A stretch of DNA of 64,000 nt from Phormidesmidales cyanobacterium (GCA_038256265.1 JBBSKN010000001.1:49533-113532), one strand, 5' to 3'. Positions 20,265-30,834 are shown, numbered from the stretch's first letter. Notes: generated from the sequence alone by a model not told the origin. Translations and numbers: made by a program.

Positions 20265-21503
20265 CTACCGATAGTGGCGATCCAGCCGCAGCACAGTCTC
20301 TAGCAGCACATTGGCCCCGTTCACGCATTCCTCCGGGGTGGTGTACTCTACCTCCGAATGGCTGAAGCCGCCCTGGCTGGGCACAAAAATCATGCCCATG
20401 TCGGTAAATCGGCCCATTTCGAGGGCATCGTGACCGGCGCGGCTGGGCATAGGCATGGAGCTGAGGTTAAGACTGCCGCTCACCTCCGCAATGATCGACT
20501 GAATGTGATCCGCCGCCGGGCTAGGCGCTACATTCAGCTGGGGCACGATCTCAATCTTAGTGTTGGTATTCTGGCCAATCAGTCGCAGTTCTTCTTTTAG
20601 ATCGTCGATTAGGTCGTTGATCACGTGCTGGTCGAGGTCGCGCACGTCAATGCTGCACTGCACCTGGCCCGGCACAATGTTGTCGGCGTTGGGCCATACC
20701 TGAAGGGCACCCACGGTGGCCACCTGCTGGGCCGGGGGGCGCTTGCCCAAACGGTTCACCACCAGCACCACTTGGGCCGCTGCCACCAGGGCATCTTGGC
20801 GCTGATCCATAGGGGTGGTGCCCGCATGGTTGGGCCGCCCGGTGATGTGAATTTGGTAGCGCTGCATGCCGACGATGCCCTGCACGACGCCAATTTGCTT
20901 TTGGGCGGCTTCGAGCCCGCCGCCCTGCTCAACGTGCAGCTCGACAAAGGCGCAGATGTCGTCGCGGGTGCGGCGCGACAGCGGCAGCTGCGGCCAATTG
21001 CCGCCCGCTGCGTTGATGCACTCGTCGATGGGGCGACCGTCTTTGCGGTGGTAGTTGGCGGCATCGAGGTCGGCGGTACCGGCCATGGCGCGGCCCCCAA
21101 TCATGGTGTCTTCTTCGTCGGCAAAGACAATCACCTCAAAGGGGTGGTCGAGGGTAATGCTGTTTTCTTGCAGGGTGCGGGCCACTTCGATCCCAGCCAA
21201 GACGCCCAGGGTACCGTCAAACTTGCCGCCGCAGGGCACGGTGTCGATGTGCGACCCGGTGGCGATCGCCGCAGCGTTGAGCCGACCAGGCCGTCGCCCA
21301 ATCAGGTTGCCAGCGGTGTCGATGCAGGTACTCAAGCCCGCTTCCACCATCCACCGTCGCACCAGCTCGCGCCCCTGAAAGTCTTCTGGGCTAAAGGCCA
21401 GCCGACAGATGCCGCCGTTGTTGAGCCGCCCGATCTGAGCCAGGGCGTTGAGGCTTTGATTGAGGCGCTTGCCGTTGAGGCTAAGGCTTTGTAAGCGGGC
21501 CAT
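20265..21503 (-). CDS. M20 family Zn-dependent hydrolase (allantoate amidohydrolase/N-carbamoylase type)
   Basis: GSHIDTV, GKFDGTLGVLAG, DEE, ELHVEQG, NHAGTTPM, AGHDA, SHSEVE. Confidence 0.9.
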   Translation of the reverse strand: MARLQSLSLNGKRLNQSLNALAQIGRLNNGGICRLAFSPEDFQGRELVRRWMVEAGLSTCIDTAGNLIGRRPGRLNAAAIATGSHIDTVPCGGKFDGTLGVLAGIEVARTLQENSITLDHPFEVIVFADEEDTMIGGRAMAGTADLDAANYHRKDGRPIDECINAAGGNWPQLPLSRRTRDDICAFVELHVEQGGGLEAAQKQIGVVQGIVGMQRYQIHITGRPNHAGTTPMDQRQDALVAAAQVVLVVNRLGKRPPAQQVATVGALQVWPNADNIVPGQVQCSIDVRDLDQHVINDLIDDLKEELRLIGQNTNTKIEIVPQLNVAPSPAADHIQSIIAEVSGSLNLSSMPMPSRAGHDALEMGRFTDMGMIFVPSQGGFSHSEVEYTTPEECVNGANVLLETVLRLDRHYR

Positions 21504-21585
21504 GGGTACTCGTAAAAGAGATTCAGCGGGTTCGGTTAGGGGAGATTTTTTTGGCATGGTTACCCATGGTGCCCTAACAACACCC

Positions 21586-22587
21586 TTAGAACTGCTTCAA
21601 AAACCGCAGGTCGCTGGTATAGAGGCGGCGAATGTCGTCAATTTGGTGCTGCACCATGGCCAGGCGCTCGACCCCCAGTCCTGCCGCAAAGCCGCTGTAG
21701 ACTTCGGGGTCGTAGCCCACTGCTTTGAGCACATTGGGGTCGATCATGCCGCAGCCGAGAATTTCCAGCCACTTGCCCTGCCACTCCACATCTACCTCGG
21801 CAGACGGCTCGGTAAACGGGAAAAAGCTGGGTCGAAACCGCACCGGAATTTCGCCGTAGAGGGCTTCGAGAAAGACCTTGATGGTGCCCCGCAGGTCGGT
21901 GAAGGTGATGTCTTTGTCGATCGCAAAGAACTCAATCTGGTGGAACACGGCGGCGTGGGTGGCATCTACCGTGTCGCGGCGGTAGCAACGGCCAATGGCA
22001 ACCGCCCGTAGCGGCGGCTCGTTGGCTTGCATGTAGCGAATCTGGGTGTTGGAGGTGTGGGTGCGCATCAGGTGGCCGTTGGGCAAATACAGGGTATCCT
22101 GCATGTCGCGGGCGGGATGGTCTGGCAAAAAGTTGAGCGCTTCGAAGTTGTAGTAGTCGGTCTCGATTTCGGGGCCGTCGGCAACGGTGTAGCCCAGGCC
22201 CACAAAAATATCGACAATGCGGTCAATAATGCTGTTGATCGGGTGAATCCGGCCCTGGGGGTGAAAGATGCCCGGCATGGTCACATCGAGGGTTTCGGTA
22301 GCCAGCTGGGCTTCGATTTTGGCGGCCTCTAGGGCAGTTTTGCCCTGCTCTAGCTGAGTCTGAATCAGCTCTTTGACATCGTTGGCCAGGGCACCAATGC
22401 GAGGCCGCTCTTCGGCGGAAAGTTTGCCCATGCCCCCCAGCACCTTCGAGAGCTGGCCCTTTTTGCCCAAGTAACTAATACGCAGCTGCTCCAGTTCGTC
22501 GAGGCTGGCGGCAGCGGCGATCACCCCCTGGGCAGCCTCTTTCATAGCCATCAGGTCAGTTTCGAGGGAGGTGGGTGCGACGGTCAT
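21586..22587 (-). CDS. pheS: Phenylalanyl-tRNA synthetase alpha subunit
   Basis: [35 protein letters not shown]. Confidence 0.97.
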   Translation of the reverse strand: MTVAPTSLETDLMAMKEAAQGVIAAAASLDELEQLRISYLGKKGQLSKVLGGMGKLSAEERPRIGALANDVKELIQTQLEQGKTALEAAKIEAQLATETLDVTMPGIFHPQGRIHPINSIIDRIVDIFVGLGYTVADGPEIETDYYNFEALNFLPDHPARDMQDTLYLPNGHLMRTHTSNTQIRYMQANEPPLRAVAIGRCYRRDTVDATHAAVFHQIEFFAIDKDITFTDLRGTIKVFLEALYGEIPVRFRPSFFPFTEPSAEVDVEWQGKWLEILGCGMIDPNVLKAVGYDPEVYSGFAAGLGVERLAMVQHQIDDIRRLYTSDLRFLKQF

Positions 22588-22631
22588 GGATCGGTGTATG
22601 GTGCGACAACGGGAAAGCGGGAATTAGGGGA

Positions 22632-22776
22632 GCGGTTTGCGGTTTGCGGTTTGCGGTATCGGGTTCCAGATTTCGGGTCTCGGGTCTCGGGTCTCGGGTC
22701 TCGGGTTTCAGGTTTCAGGTGTTAGCCTTTTTCCTGACACCTAATACCTAACACCTGACACCGTGCACCTTATACC
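22632..22776. repeat. Long inverted heptamer (STRR-like) array
   Basis: About 13 GCGGTTT/CGGGTCT/CAGGTTT units, a short loop, then about 6 complementary CCTGACA/CCTAACA units. Confidence 0.85.
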
Positions 22777-22821
22777 CTTTGATCTAATGCCTAACTATTC
22801 TAGTGTGGCGGGGGAACAGTC

Positions 22822-23643
22822 ATGAATATTCTAGTCAGCAACGATGACGGCATTTTTGCCCTGGGCATGCGCACCCTAGCCAATGCGCTGGCGGCGGCGG
22901 GGCATCGGGTGACGGTGGTGTGCCCCGATCGCGAGCGATCAGCCACGGGCCACGGCCTGACTATGGATCAGCCGATTCGGGCCGAGGTGATTGCGTCGGT
23001 ATTTACAGACAATATCCAGGCCTGGAGCTGCTCGGGCACCCCCGCCGACTGCGTCAAGCTGGCCCTGGGGGCACTGATAAAGACCCCGCCCGATGTGGTG
23101 GTGTCGGGCATTAACCACGGCGCTAACCTGGGCACCGATGTGGTCTATTCCGGCACGGTGTCGGCGGCCATGGAGGGCGTGATGGAGGGGATTCCGGCGA
23201 TCGCCGTCAGCCTGACCAGCTTTACTCATCAGGGCTTTGACCCCGCTGCCGAGTTTGTTTGTGATCTGCTGGCCGACGGTGATCGCTTTCCTGTCGGTGC
23301 TCCCATGCTGCTCAACGTCAACGTGCCAGCAGCCGTAAAGATCAAGGGGGCCAAAATCACCCGCCAGGGCATTCGCCGCTACTTTGACCAGTTTGAGACA
23401 CGCATTGACCCCCGGGGCAAGACTTACTACTGGCTGGCTGGGGAGGCGATTCAAGAAATCGAAGATCCCCTGTCAAACCAGGGCTGGCCCCTAGAGCTAA
23501 AACAATCCCTGGCGGCTATACCCACCGATGTGCAGGCGATTCGCGATCGCTATATTTCAGTCACCCCATTGCAGTACAACCTCACTGCCGTCGGTGACCT
23601 GCTCGATCTCGCCGGGGGGCAGCGGCCCCTGCTGCCTCAATAG
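22822..23643 (+). CDS. surE: 5'/3'-nucleotidase SurE
   Basis: [36 protein letters not shown]. Confidence 0.96.
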   Translation: MNILVSNDDGIFALGMRTLANALAAAGHRVTVVCPDRERSATGHGLTMDQPIRAEVIASVFTDNIQAWSCSGTPADCVKLALGALIKTPPDVVVSGINHGANLGTDVVYSGTVSAAMEGVMEGIPAIAVSLTSFTHQGFDPAAEFVCDLLADGDRFPVGAPMLLNVNVPAAVKIKGAKITRQGIRRYFDQFETRIDPRGKTYYWLAGEAIQEIEDPLSNQGWPLELKQSLAAIPTDVQAIRDRYISVTPLQYNLTAVGDLLDLAGGQRPLLPQ

Positions 23644-23852
23644 CCGTCAAAGAAATCCATCCCGCCCGCAAAAACGTATATAAACGTCACCCTTGGCGGG
23701 ATCTCGTCGCAGTTCGGGGCAGACTAGTCAATAAGACTAAGCCGTAGCGGCCTGGTTTTCCTCGGGTGGGGTGGTTCGTCCACCCTGACCATTTGGATTA
23801 GAGTTCACTACTATGAGAAATATCTATAGGTCAAGGCTCTATCCTGAAGCTG

Positions 23853-23915
23853 ATCCCAAGGCCAGGCCAGGTTCTGTGGCTTTCCTACAGGCAGTACTCC
23901 CCCTCTAGACAATGG
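23853..23915. promoter_or_regulatory. Dispersed ~70-nt palindromic intergenic element, copy C (more diverged)
   Basis: ATCCCAAGGCCAG-39 nt-CTAGACAATGG; 39/52 identical to copy A without gaps. Confidence 0.7.
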
Positions 23916-23943
23916 TCTACGCTTTCCCAACCTCGAGAGATTC

Positions 23944-24834
23944 ATGGCTGAGCTTACCGAACAGTTTTTAGTCCGGTTCTGGGGCGTGCGCGGCAGCATT
24001 GCCTGTCCAGGGGCATCTACGGTGCGCTACGGCGGCAATACCTCCTGTGTGGAGATGCAGGTGGGCGGGCATCGACTGATCTTTGACGGTGGCACCGGCC
24101 TGCGAGAGCTAGGGCTATCACTGCTGGCCGAAACCCCTGTAGAAGCCAATCTTTTCTTTACCCATTCCCACTGGGACCACATTCAGGGGTTCCCGTTTTT
24201 TGTGCCCGCCTTTGTCAAGGGCAATCGATTTAATATCTACGGGGCGATCGCCCCCAACGGCTCCACCATTGAGCAGCGACTCAACGACCAAATGCTGCAC
24301 CCCAACTTTCCGGTGCCGTTGCAGGTGATGGGGGCCGACCTCAAGTTTTGCGACATAGACGTGGGCGAAACCCTGCGCATCGGCGACATCACCGTTGAAA
24401 ATGCCCTGCTCAACCACCCCGGCGAATCGGTGGGCTATCGGGTGACCTGGCAAAATCACGTTGCCGCCTACGTTACCGACACCGAGCACTACCCCGACCA
24501 CCTCGACGACAACGTCCTATGGCTGGCCCGCAATGCCGATGTCATGATCTACGACTCTACTTACACCGACGCCGAGTACCACGACCCCAAGTCGAGCAAG
24601 GTGAGCTGGGGCCACTCCACCTGGCAGGAAGCGGTCAAAGTGGCTAAAGCTGCCGGGGTCAAGACCCTGGTGATTTTCCACCACGACCCCGCCCACGACG
24701 ATGACTTTATGGATCAGGTAGGCGCTGACACTACGGCAGTTTTTCCCGGCGCGGTGGTGGCCAAAGAAGGCATGGTCATTGACCTAACGGCCAACCCATC
24801 GACCCCACGACCCATCCAGACTGCCGGAACTTAA
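23944..24834 (+). CDS. MBL-fold metallo-hydrolase
   Basis: FWGVRGSI, YGGNTSC, THSHWDHIQG, NHPG, TDTEH, WGHS, FHHDP. Confidence 0.92.
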   Translation: MAELTEQFLVRFWGVRGSIACPGASTVRYGGNTSCVEMQVGGHRLIFDGGTGLRELGLSLLAETPVEANLFFTHSHWDHIQGFPFFVPAFVKGNRFNIYGAIAPNGSTIEQRLNDQMLHPNFPVPLQVMGADLKFCDIDVGETLRIGDITVENALLNHPGESVGYRVTWQNHVAAYVTDTEHYPDHLDDNVLWLARNADVMIYDSTYTDAEYHDPKSSKVSWGHSTWQEAVKVAKAAGVKTLVIFHHDPAHDDDFMDQVGADTTAVFPGAVVAKEGMVIDLTANPSTPRPIQTAGT

Positions 24835-24838
24835 GATA

Positions 24839-24914
24839 ACGGTCTGCGGTTTGCGGTCTACGGTCTACGGTGCAAGGCCGATCCGTGAACCGCACACCGT
24901 AAACCGTGCACCGT
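24839..24914. repeat. Inverted heptamer (STRR-like) array
   Basis: ACGGTCT/GCGGTTT x5 then CCGTGAA/CCGCACA/CCGTAAA/CCGTGCA. Confidence 0.8.
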
Positions 24915-24976
24915 CAATCATCCAAAACGCTGCCGATGTCAGCCTGAGATCAACAGTCTGTGTAAAAATGTAAAGC

Positions 24977-26011
24977 GTGTGGATCACGTCTTCTCTTACA
25001 ACAGCCATTACCCCAACGGCCATTGCCCTGGGAAATTTTGACGGTGTGCATTTCGGCCACCGGGCCGTGATTGCTCCGGTGGTGCCCCAGGGGTTGGAGT
25101 CTGGGCTGGCAGAGACGTTGAGGGGGTTTAGCGATCGCCACGGCAGCCGGGGTAGCGCTGGCGGTCAATCCGCAGAACGGGCAGAACGGGCGGCGACCCC
25201 AATGCCCACGGTGATGACCTTCTTTCCCCATCCCCAAGAATTTTTTTCGGGTCAGCAGCGGCCCTTACTGACCCCGCTGCCTGAAAAAGCGACCCAAATT
25301 GGCCGTCTGGGCATTGGCCAACTGGTGCTGCTGCCCTTCAACCAGGAACTGGTCGACCTCTCGCCCGAAGATTTTGTTGAAACCCTGCTAGTTAAGCACC
25401 TGGGGGTGCAGCAGATCAGCGTCGGCCAAGACTTTTGCTTTGGCAAGGGCCGCCGGGGTACCGTCGACGACCTCAGCACCCTGGCGGCCCGCCATGGGGT
25501 GCAGGTTCACATTGCCCCCTTGGCCTGTCTGGGCAATGATCGCATCAGCAGCTCGCGCATTCGTCAGGCGCTAGACAACAGCGACCTGGCAACAGCCAAG
25601 GCGCTGCTGGGCCGCCCCTATAGCCTGGTGGGTCGTGTGGTGCAGGGCGATCAGCTGGGTCGCACCATTGGCTTTCCCACTGCCAACCTGCACCTGCCCG
25701 TCGACAAGTTTTTGCCCCGCCCGGGGGTCTACAGCGTCTGGGTGCAGGGGGCAGCCCCTACCCCCTACCCCCTGGTGCAGGGGGTGATGAACCTGGGCAT
25801 CCGGCCCACAGTGAGGGGTGTAGCCCTGACCGCCGAGGTGCATTTACTCAACTGGCAGGGCGAGCTCTACGGCAAAACCCTAGAGGTTGACCTGCACAGT
25901 TTTCTCCGGCCCGAGCAAAAGTTTGACTCCCTCGACGCTCTCAAGGCCCAAATTCAGCGCGATTGCCAGCAGGCCCTGGCCGAACTGGCTCGGGCTTCGG
26001 TAGTCAGTTGA
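24977..26011 (+). CDS. ribF: Bifunctional riboflavin kinase/FAD synthetase
   Basis: GNFDGVHFGH, ISSSRIR, GRTIGFPTAN, EVHLL, RPEQKF. Confidence 0.95.
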   Translation: MWITSSLTTAITPTAIALGNFDGVHFGHRAVIAPVVPQGLESGLAETLRGFSDRHGSRGSAGGQSAERAERAATPMPTVMTFFPHPQEFFSGQQRPLLTPLPEKATQIGRLGIGQLVLLPFNQELVDLSPEDFVETLLVKHLGVQQISVGQDFCFGKGRRGTVDDLSTLAARHGVQVHIAPLACLGNDRISSSRIRQALDNSDLATAKALLGRPYSLVGRVVQGDQLGRTIGFPTANLHLPVDKFLPRPGVYSVWVQGAAPTPYPLVQGVMNLGIRPTVRGVALTAEVHLLNWQGELYGKTLEVDLHSFLRPEQKFDSLDALKAQIQRDCQQALAELARASVVS

Positions 26012-26138
26012 CGGGCGATCGGGGCATGATAGGCCTATATACAATTAGCCACGTTCAGGGTTGGGGTTGAGCCAGAGGGAAACCATGGCTGCTGCTCTGG
26101 ACTCCTAGTCTGGGCTTGGCATAACAGGGGTCAGCAGA

Positions 26139-27047
26139 ATGCGAGAGCGGGTAGAAGCGCTAGTTCAAAATTTAGATAAAACTATCGTCGGCAAGGCAGA
26201 TTCCATTCGGCTGGTTTTGGTGGCGCTGTTTTCGGGCGGTCACGCCCTGCTCGAAGATGTGCCGGGGGTGGGCAAAACGCTGCTGGCCAAGTCTCTAGCC
26301 CGCTGCATCGATGGCAAGTTTCAGCGCATTCAGTGCACCCCTGACCTGCTGCCCACCGACGTCACCGGCACCAATATTTGGAACCCCAGCAGCGGCGAGT
26401 TTCAGTTTATGCCGGGGCCAGTGTTTGCCAATATTCTGCTGGCCGATGAGATTAACCGGGCCACGCCCCGCACCCAGTCGGCGCTGCTGGAGGTGATGGA
26501 AGAGCGTCAGGTGACCCTAGATGGCCAGTCGCGCTCGGTACCGGCCCCATTTTTTGTCGTCGCCACCCAAAACCCGGTGGAATACCAGGGTACCTTCCCC
26601 CTGCCCGAGGCCCAGATGGATCGCTTTGCCCTCTCCTTTAGCCTGGGCTATCCCACTGAAAACGAAGAGCTAAACATGCTCCAGCGGCTGGCGGGCGGGG
26701 TTGCCCCCCAAGATATTCAGCCCTGCATCACCCTCGATGAGGTGATGGCGCTACGGGCCGAGTGCGCCCAGGTCACAATAGAATCGTCGCTTCAGCGCTA
26801 CATCCTTGAGATTGTACGATCTACGCGCACCCACAGCGCCATCACCCTGGGGGTCAGCCCTCGGGGTTCGGTGGCGTTTTATCGTGCTGTTCAAGCCCTG
26901 GCCTACCTAGAGGGGCGCAGCTATGCCATCCCCGATGATGCCAAACAGCTGGCCCCCCATGTGTTGGCCCACCGTCTGATTCCGGCTGGGAGCCATCGGC
27001 CCCAGCAGCTGGTGGCCGACCTGCTAGAGACTATTCCCATTTCCTAA
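26139..27047 (+). CDS. moxR: MoxR family AAA+ ATPase
   Basis: GVGKT, RIQCTPDLLP, ADEINRA, QSALLE, PLPEAQMDRF. Confidence 0.93.
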   Translation: MRERVEALVQNLDKTIVGKADSIRLVLVALFSGGHALLEDVPGVGKTLLAKSLARCIDGKFQRIQCTPDLLPTDVTGTNIWNPSSGEFQFMPGPVFANILLADEINRATPRTQSALLEVMEERQVTLDGQSRSVPAPFFVVATQNPVEYQGTFPLPEAQMDRFALSFSLGYPTENEELNMLQRLAGGVAPQDIQPCITLDEVMALRAECAQVTIESSLQRYILEIVRSTRTHSAITLGVSPRGSVAFYRAVQALAYLEGRSYAIPDDAKQLAPHVLAHRLIPAGSHRPQQLVADLLETIPIS

Positions 27048-27171
27048 ATCCACTCCCTAGGCCAAACTCCCGTCTGTAACCTGGCGGGACAGAAACTTCC
27101 CCCGGTAATGGTAGTTTTGAGAACCAAACAGCCCATAATAGGGGCGGTGAACTGAAGGAGCGCAATCCCCG

Positions 27172-27426
27172 ATGCCAAGAACGCCCAGTGAGTACATCAT
27201 TCACATGCTGTTTGATGGCGGCCACCACGAAGAGGTGCGCTTTTCATCGATTCAAGATTTTCAAAAGTGGTATAGCGGCGAGCTGATGCCCAAGGCCACC
27301 TCCGACGAGTTCATTACGGTGCCCCTACCCAAGGTCAACCCCGGAGAATACATGGTGATTCGCCCCTCTCGCGTCGCCGCGATTCGGGTGGAGCCGGTGT
27401 TTAGCTCTAGTGTTGAACGGTTTTAA
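27172..27426 (+). CDS. Small hypothetical protein, translationally coupled to mltA
   Basis: 84 aa with upstream AAGGAG; stop and start overlap (TAATG). Confidence 0.8.
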   Translation: MPRTPSEYIIHMLFDGGHHEEVRFSSIQDFQKWYSGELMPKATSDEFITVPLPKVNPGEYMVIRPSRVAAIRVEPVFSSSVERF

Positions 27427-28655
27427 TGGGTGATCTAGTTAGGTACAACCACAGGCTGGCGGCGGGGTGGGGGACGATCGCATGCCTGACGTTCGCAGCG
27501 GCGCTGCTGCCCCCGGCTGCGGTGGCAGCCCCCACAGCACCCTCTGCCCCAGCTACGGCAATACCCGCTGGCGATCTGCCCACCGATCGGCCCCTGCCCC
27601 TGCGGCCCGTGGCGGCGGCAGACCAAGACTTACTCTGGCTGCAACTGACCCTGCCGGAGGATCGCCGGGCGCTGAGCGAGGCGATTGGCCACAGTTTGAG
27701 CTATCTAGCTACCCCCAAGGCGGCGGACGATTACCAAGATTATTTGGTGCCGGGGGTGACGCGCGATCTCGTCTACCGCAGCCTGCAACGTCTGCGCCAG
27801 CTGGTAGCCAACAGTCCTGATGACCAGGCTTTCCAAGCCGCCCTGCGCCGTGAGTTTGTGCTGTACGAATCGGTGGGCTCTGACGGCGAGGGCACCGTCG
27901 CCTACACCGGCTACTTTGAGCCCCAGTATCGGGCAAGTGCGGTGCCCTCCGCTGAGTACCGCTATCCGCTCTATCGTCGCCCCCCTACCTTAGAGACCTG
28001 GCCCCAGCCCCACCCCACTCGCCTGGCGCTGGAGGGCGCAGATGGTCTAGCCCAGGGGCCTTTAGTCGGGCTAGAGCTGGTGTGGCTGGCCAGCCGTCTA
28101 GAGGCGTTTTTGGTGCAGGTGCAGGGGTCGGCTCGGCTCCAGCTCACCGATGGCCGGGTGATGGCGGTGGGCTACGCGGGTCGCACCGAGTACCCCTACA
28201 CCAGCATTGGCCGCACCCTGGTAGAAGACGGCAAAATCGAACCCGACGATCTGTCGCTGCCCAACCTGCTGGCCTACTTTGAGGCCCATCCCGACGATTT
28301 AGATGTGTATCTGCCGCAGAATGAGCGGTTTATTTTCTTTCGGGAGGGCGACGGTGGGCCGCCCACGGGTAGCCTCAGCGTGCCGGTGACCGCCGGCTAT
28401 TCCATTGCCACCGATAAGTCAGTTATGCCGCCGGGGGCGATCGCGCTGATCCAGCTCCCTCTGCCCCAGCAGACTGCGGCGGGTGACTGGGGCAGCCAGC
28501 CCACCACCCGGCTGGTGCTCGACCAAGATACGGGCGGAGCCATCCTCGGCCCAGGGCGGGTCGATTTGTATGTGGGCTCGGGCGACCAAGCCGGGGAGCT
28601 AGCCGGTCGAATTAACACCCCAGGGCGCTTGTATTACCTACTGCTGCGGCCCTAG
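27426..28655 (+). CDS. mltA: Membrane-bound lytic transglycosylase A
   Basis: YTGYFEP, QVQGSARL, SIATD, DQDTGGAI...GRVDLYVG. Confidence 0.9.
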   Translation: MGDLVRYNHRLAAGWGTIACLTFAAALLPPAAVAAPTAPSAPATAIPAGDLPTDRPLPLRPVAAADQDLLWLQLTLPEDRRALSEAIGHSLSYLATPKAADDYQDYLVPGVTRDLVYRSLQRLRQLVANSPDDQAFQAALRREFVLYESVGSDGEGTVAYTGYFEPQYRASAVPSAEYRYPLYRRPPTLETWPQPHPTRLALEGADGLAQGPLVGLELVWLASRLEAFLVQVQGSARLQLTDGRVMAVGYAGRTEYPYTSIGRTLVEDGKIEPDDLSLPNLLAYFEAHPDDLDVYLPQNERFIFFREGDGGPPTGSLSVPVTAGYSIATDKSVMPPGAIALIQLPLPQQTAAGDWGSQPTTRLVLDQDTGGAILGPGRVDLYVGSGDQAGELAGRINTPGRLYYLLLRP

Positions 28656-28704
28656 TCAGGCGGCGGCACCGTGGCGAGATTACCCCCGGTCTGCCACAGT
28701 AGGG

Positions 28705-30834
28705 GTGTTACCCTATACGCTTATGGATACTTCCTTTGCCCTCACCATCCAGATAGTGCTCACGGTGTTGGCCGGGGTCACCGCCCAGGTAATTGGAGAA
28801 TTTGCCCGGGTACCCAGCATCATTTTTTTACTGCTGTTTGGCATTGGCCTGGGGCCAGATGGCATTGGGCTGATCCATCCCCAAGATTTGGGGGTGGGGC
28901 TAGAGGTGATTGTGGCCTTGAGCGTCGCCCTCATTCTCTTTGAGGGGGGCTTGAGCCTAGAACTGAGCGAGCTGGGCCAGGTTTCAAACAGCCTGCGAAA
29001 CCTAGTGACGGTGGGCATTTTTGTCACCCTCGTTGGCGGCGGCATGGCGGCCCACTGGCTGGGAGAATTTCCCTGGTCTCTGGCCTTTCTCTATGCCTCG
29101 CTGGTGGTGGTCACTGGCCCTACGGTAATTGGGCCGCTGCTGCGCCAGGTAGAGGTTGACCGCAAAGTCGCCGCCCTGCTAGAGGGCGAAGGGGTGCTGA
29201 TCGACCCCGTCGGGGCGATTTTGGCTGTGGTGGTGCTCGACATTATTCTCAACGGCGACGCCGACCCCATCACGGTAGTCGGGGGGCTGATTGTGCGGCT
29301 GGGCATTGGCACCCTAATCGGCGTGGTGGGCGGCGGGCTGATTGGCTTACTGCTTAAACAGGCCAACTTTTTAGGCGAAGACCTGCGCAACCTGGTGGTG
29401 CTGGCGGGGTTGTGGGGAATTTTTGGGCTGGCCCAGAACATTCGCAGTGAGGCGGGGCTAATGGCCACGGTAGTGGCGGGCATGATGGTGCGCTGGCTGT
29501 CGGTGCCCGATGAGCGGCTGCTGCGGCGATTTAAAGGGCAGCTGACGGTGCTGGCGGTGTCGGTGCTGTTTATTTTGCTGGCGGCAGATCTCTCTATTGC
29601 CAGTGTGTTTGCCCTGGGTAAAGGGGCAGTGCTAACGGTGCTAGTGCTGATGGTGGTGGTGCGCCCGCTCAACATTTGGCTCTGTACCCGATCAAGCGAT
29701 TTGAACTGGCGGCAAAAGCTGTTTTTGGGCTGGGTGGCCCCCCGCGGCATTGTGTCGGCTTCGGTGGCCTCGCTGTTTGCCATTTTGCTCACCGAGCGGG
29801 GCATTAGCGGCGGCGATGCGATTAAGGCGCTGGTGTTTCTCACCATTCTTATGACGGTGCTGCTGCAGGGTCTAACGGCGCGGCTGGTGGCGGGCTGGCT
29901 CGGCATTGCCAAGGCCGATGCGGTGGGGGCGGTGATTGTCGGGTGTAGCCCCCTTAGCCTGCTGATTGCCCGCCTCATGCAGGAGTATGGCGACCCTGTG
30001 GTGATGATCGACACCAACGAAGCGGCCAGCGAAGCCGCTGAAAAAGAAGGTATTGAGGTGTTGATCAGTAGTGCCCTCGACAGCGATGCTCTGGAGCAGG
30101 CGGGGTTAGAAAAAGCCGGAACGTTTTTGGCGATGACCAAAAATGGTGAGGTGAACGCCGTAGTCGCCCAGCGTGCCCTAGAGGAGTTTCAACCGGCCCG
30201 GGTGATTGCGGTATTGCCTAAGGATAAAGAACTGGTTGACTTGCCTAATAAGGGCCAGCTCAAGGGTGCTCAAACGCCGCGACTCTCGCTCAAAAAATGG
30301 AATACCTACCTCACCGATGGCGAGGTGCGCCTGGGCGAAACCCGGCTGCGGTCGGAAAATGCTGAACGGCAACAGGCTCACCTGGCTATGCTGATGCGCA
30401 GTGGGGCTATGGTGCCCCTGCTGGTGGAGCATGACAACGCCCTGCGATTGGCCCTGGGGCAAGAGAGTTGGGAGGTCGGCGATCGCCTGATCTACCTGTG
30501 GCACGAGTCTCAGCCCAAGCTGCTCAAACAGCTCTCGGGCGGCATTCAGCCCAGTCGGCTGACCCTAGAGGCGGTGCCTGCCGTGGAGGCGGTGCCCCCT
30601 GCACCCGAGGGTCCGCAGCTAGAGTCAGCGGCGGTAGCCATGCCTGAGGGGCAGGGGGTCAGCGGAGCTGCGTCAGCGACCTCAGATAGCCCAGGAATTG
30701 AGGCATCGGCTGATGCCTTAAAGGCCAAAAAGAAGGGCGAAAAGGCTGATCGCCCCAGCCCCCATCCGGCTAAACCCGATCCGGCTAAACCCGGTTCGGG
30801 CAAAGATGAATCAGCGACGTCGACGGATGTTTAG
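28705..30834 (+). CDS. Cation:proton antiporter (NhaP/CPA1) with TrkA-N domain and low-complexity tail
   Basis: ILFEGG, VVTGPTVI, EGVLIDPVG, PRGIVSA; VIVGCSPL...IDTN. Confidence 0.9.
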   Translation: MLPYTLMDTSFALTIQIVLTVLAGVTAQVIGEFARVPSIIFLLLFGIGLGPDGIGLIHPQDLGVGLEVIVALSVALILFEGGLSLELSELGQVSNSLRNLVTVGIFVTLVGGGMAAHWLGEFPWSLAFLYASLVVVTGPTVIGPLLRQVEVDRKVAALLEGEGVLIDPVGAILAVVVLDIILNGDADPITVVGGLIVRLGIGTLIGVVGGGLIGLLLKQANFLGEDLRNLVVLAGLWGIFGLAQNIRSEAGLMATVVAGMMVRWLSVPDERLLRRFKGQLTVLAVSVLFILLAADLSIASVFALGKGAVLTVLVLMVVVRPLNIWLCTRSSDLNWRQKLFLGWVAPRGIVSASVASLFAILLTERGISGGDAIKALVFLTILMTVLLQGLTARLVAGWLGIAKADAVGAVIVGCSPLSLLIARLMQEYGDPVVMIDTNEAASEAAEKEGIEVLISSALDSDALEQAGLEKAGTFLAMTKNGEVNAVVAQRALEEFQPARVIAVLPKDKELVDLPNKGQLKGAQTPRLSLKKWNTYLTDGEVRLGETRLRSENAERQQAHLAMLMRSGAMVPLLVEHDNALRLALGQESWEVGDRLIYLWHESQPKLLKQLSGGIQPSRLTLEAVPAVEAVPPAPEGPQLESAAVAMPEGQGVSGAASATSDSPGIEASADALKAKKKGEKADRPSPHPAKPDPAKPGSGKDESATSTDV

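Noticed and set aside
20625-21494. Long antisense ORFs (here and e.g. 15471-16115, 34928-35659)
   Set aside because: Shadow frames of GC-rich genes with no motifs.
21586-22587. pheS without pheT
   Set aside because: Unlinked pheS and pheT are common in cyanobacteria.
22632-22776. Possible CRISPR array
   Set aside because: Contiguous 7-bp units with no 23-47 bp repeats or unique spacers; no cas genes in the window.
30763-30792. 15-nt tandem duplication (PAKPDPAKP) in the antiporter tail
   Set aside because: Ordinary slippage in a low-complexity C-terminus.
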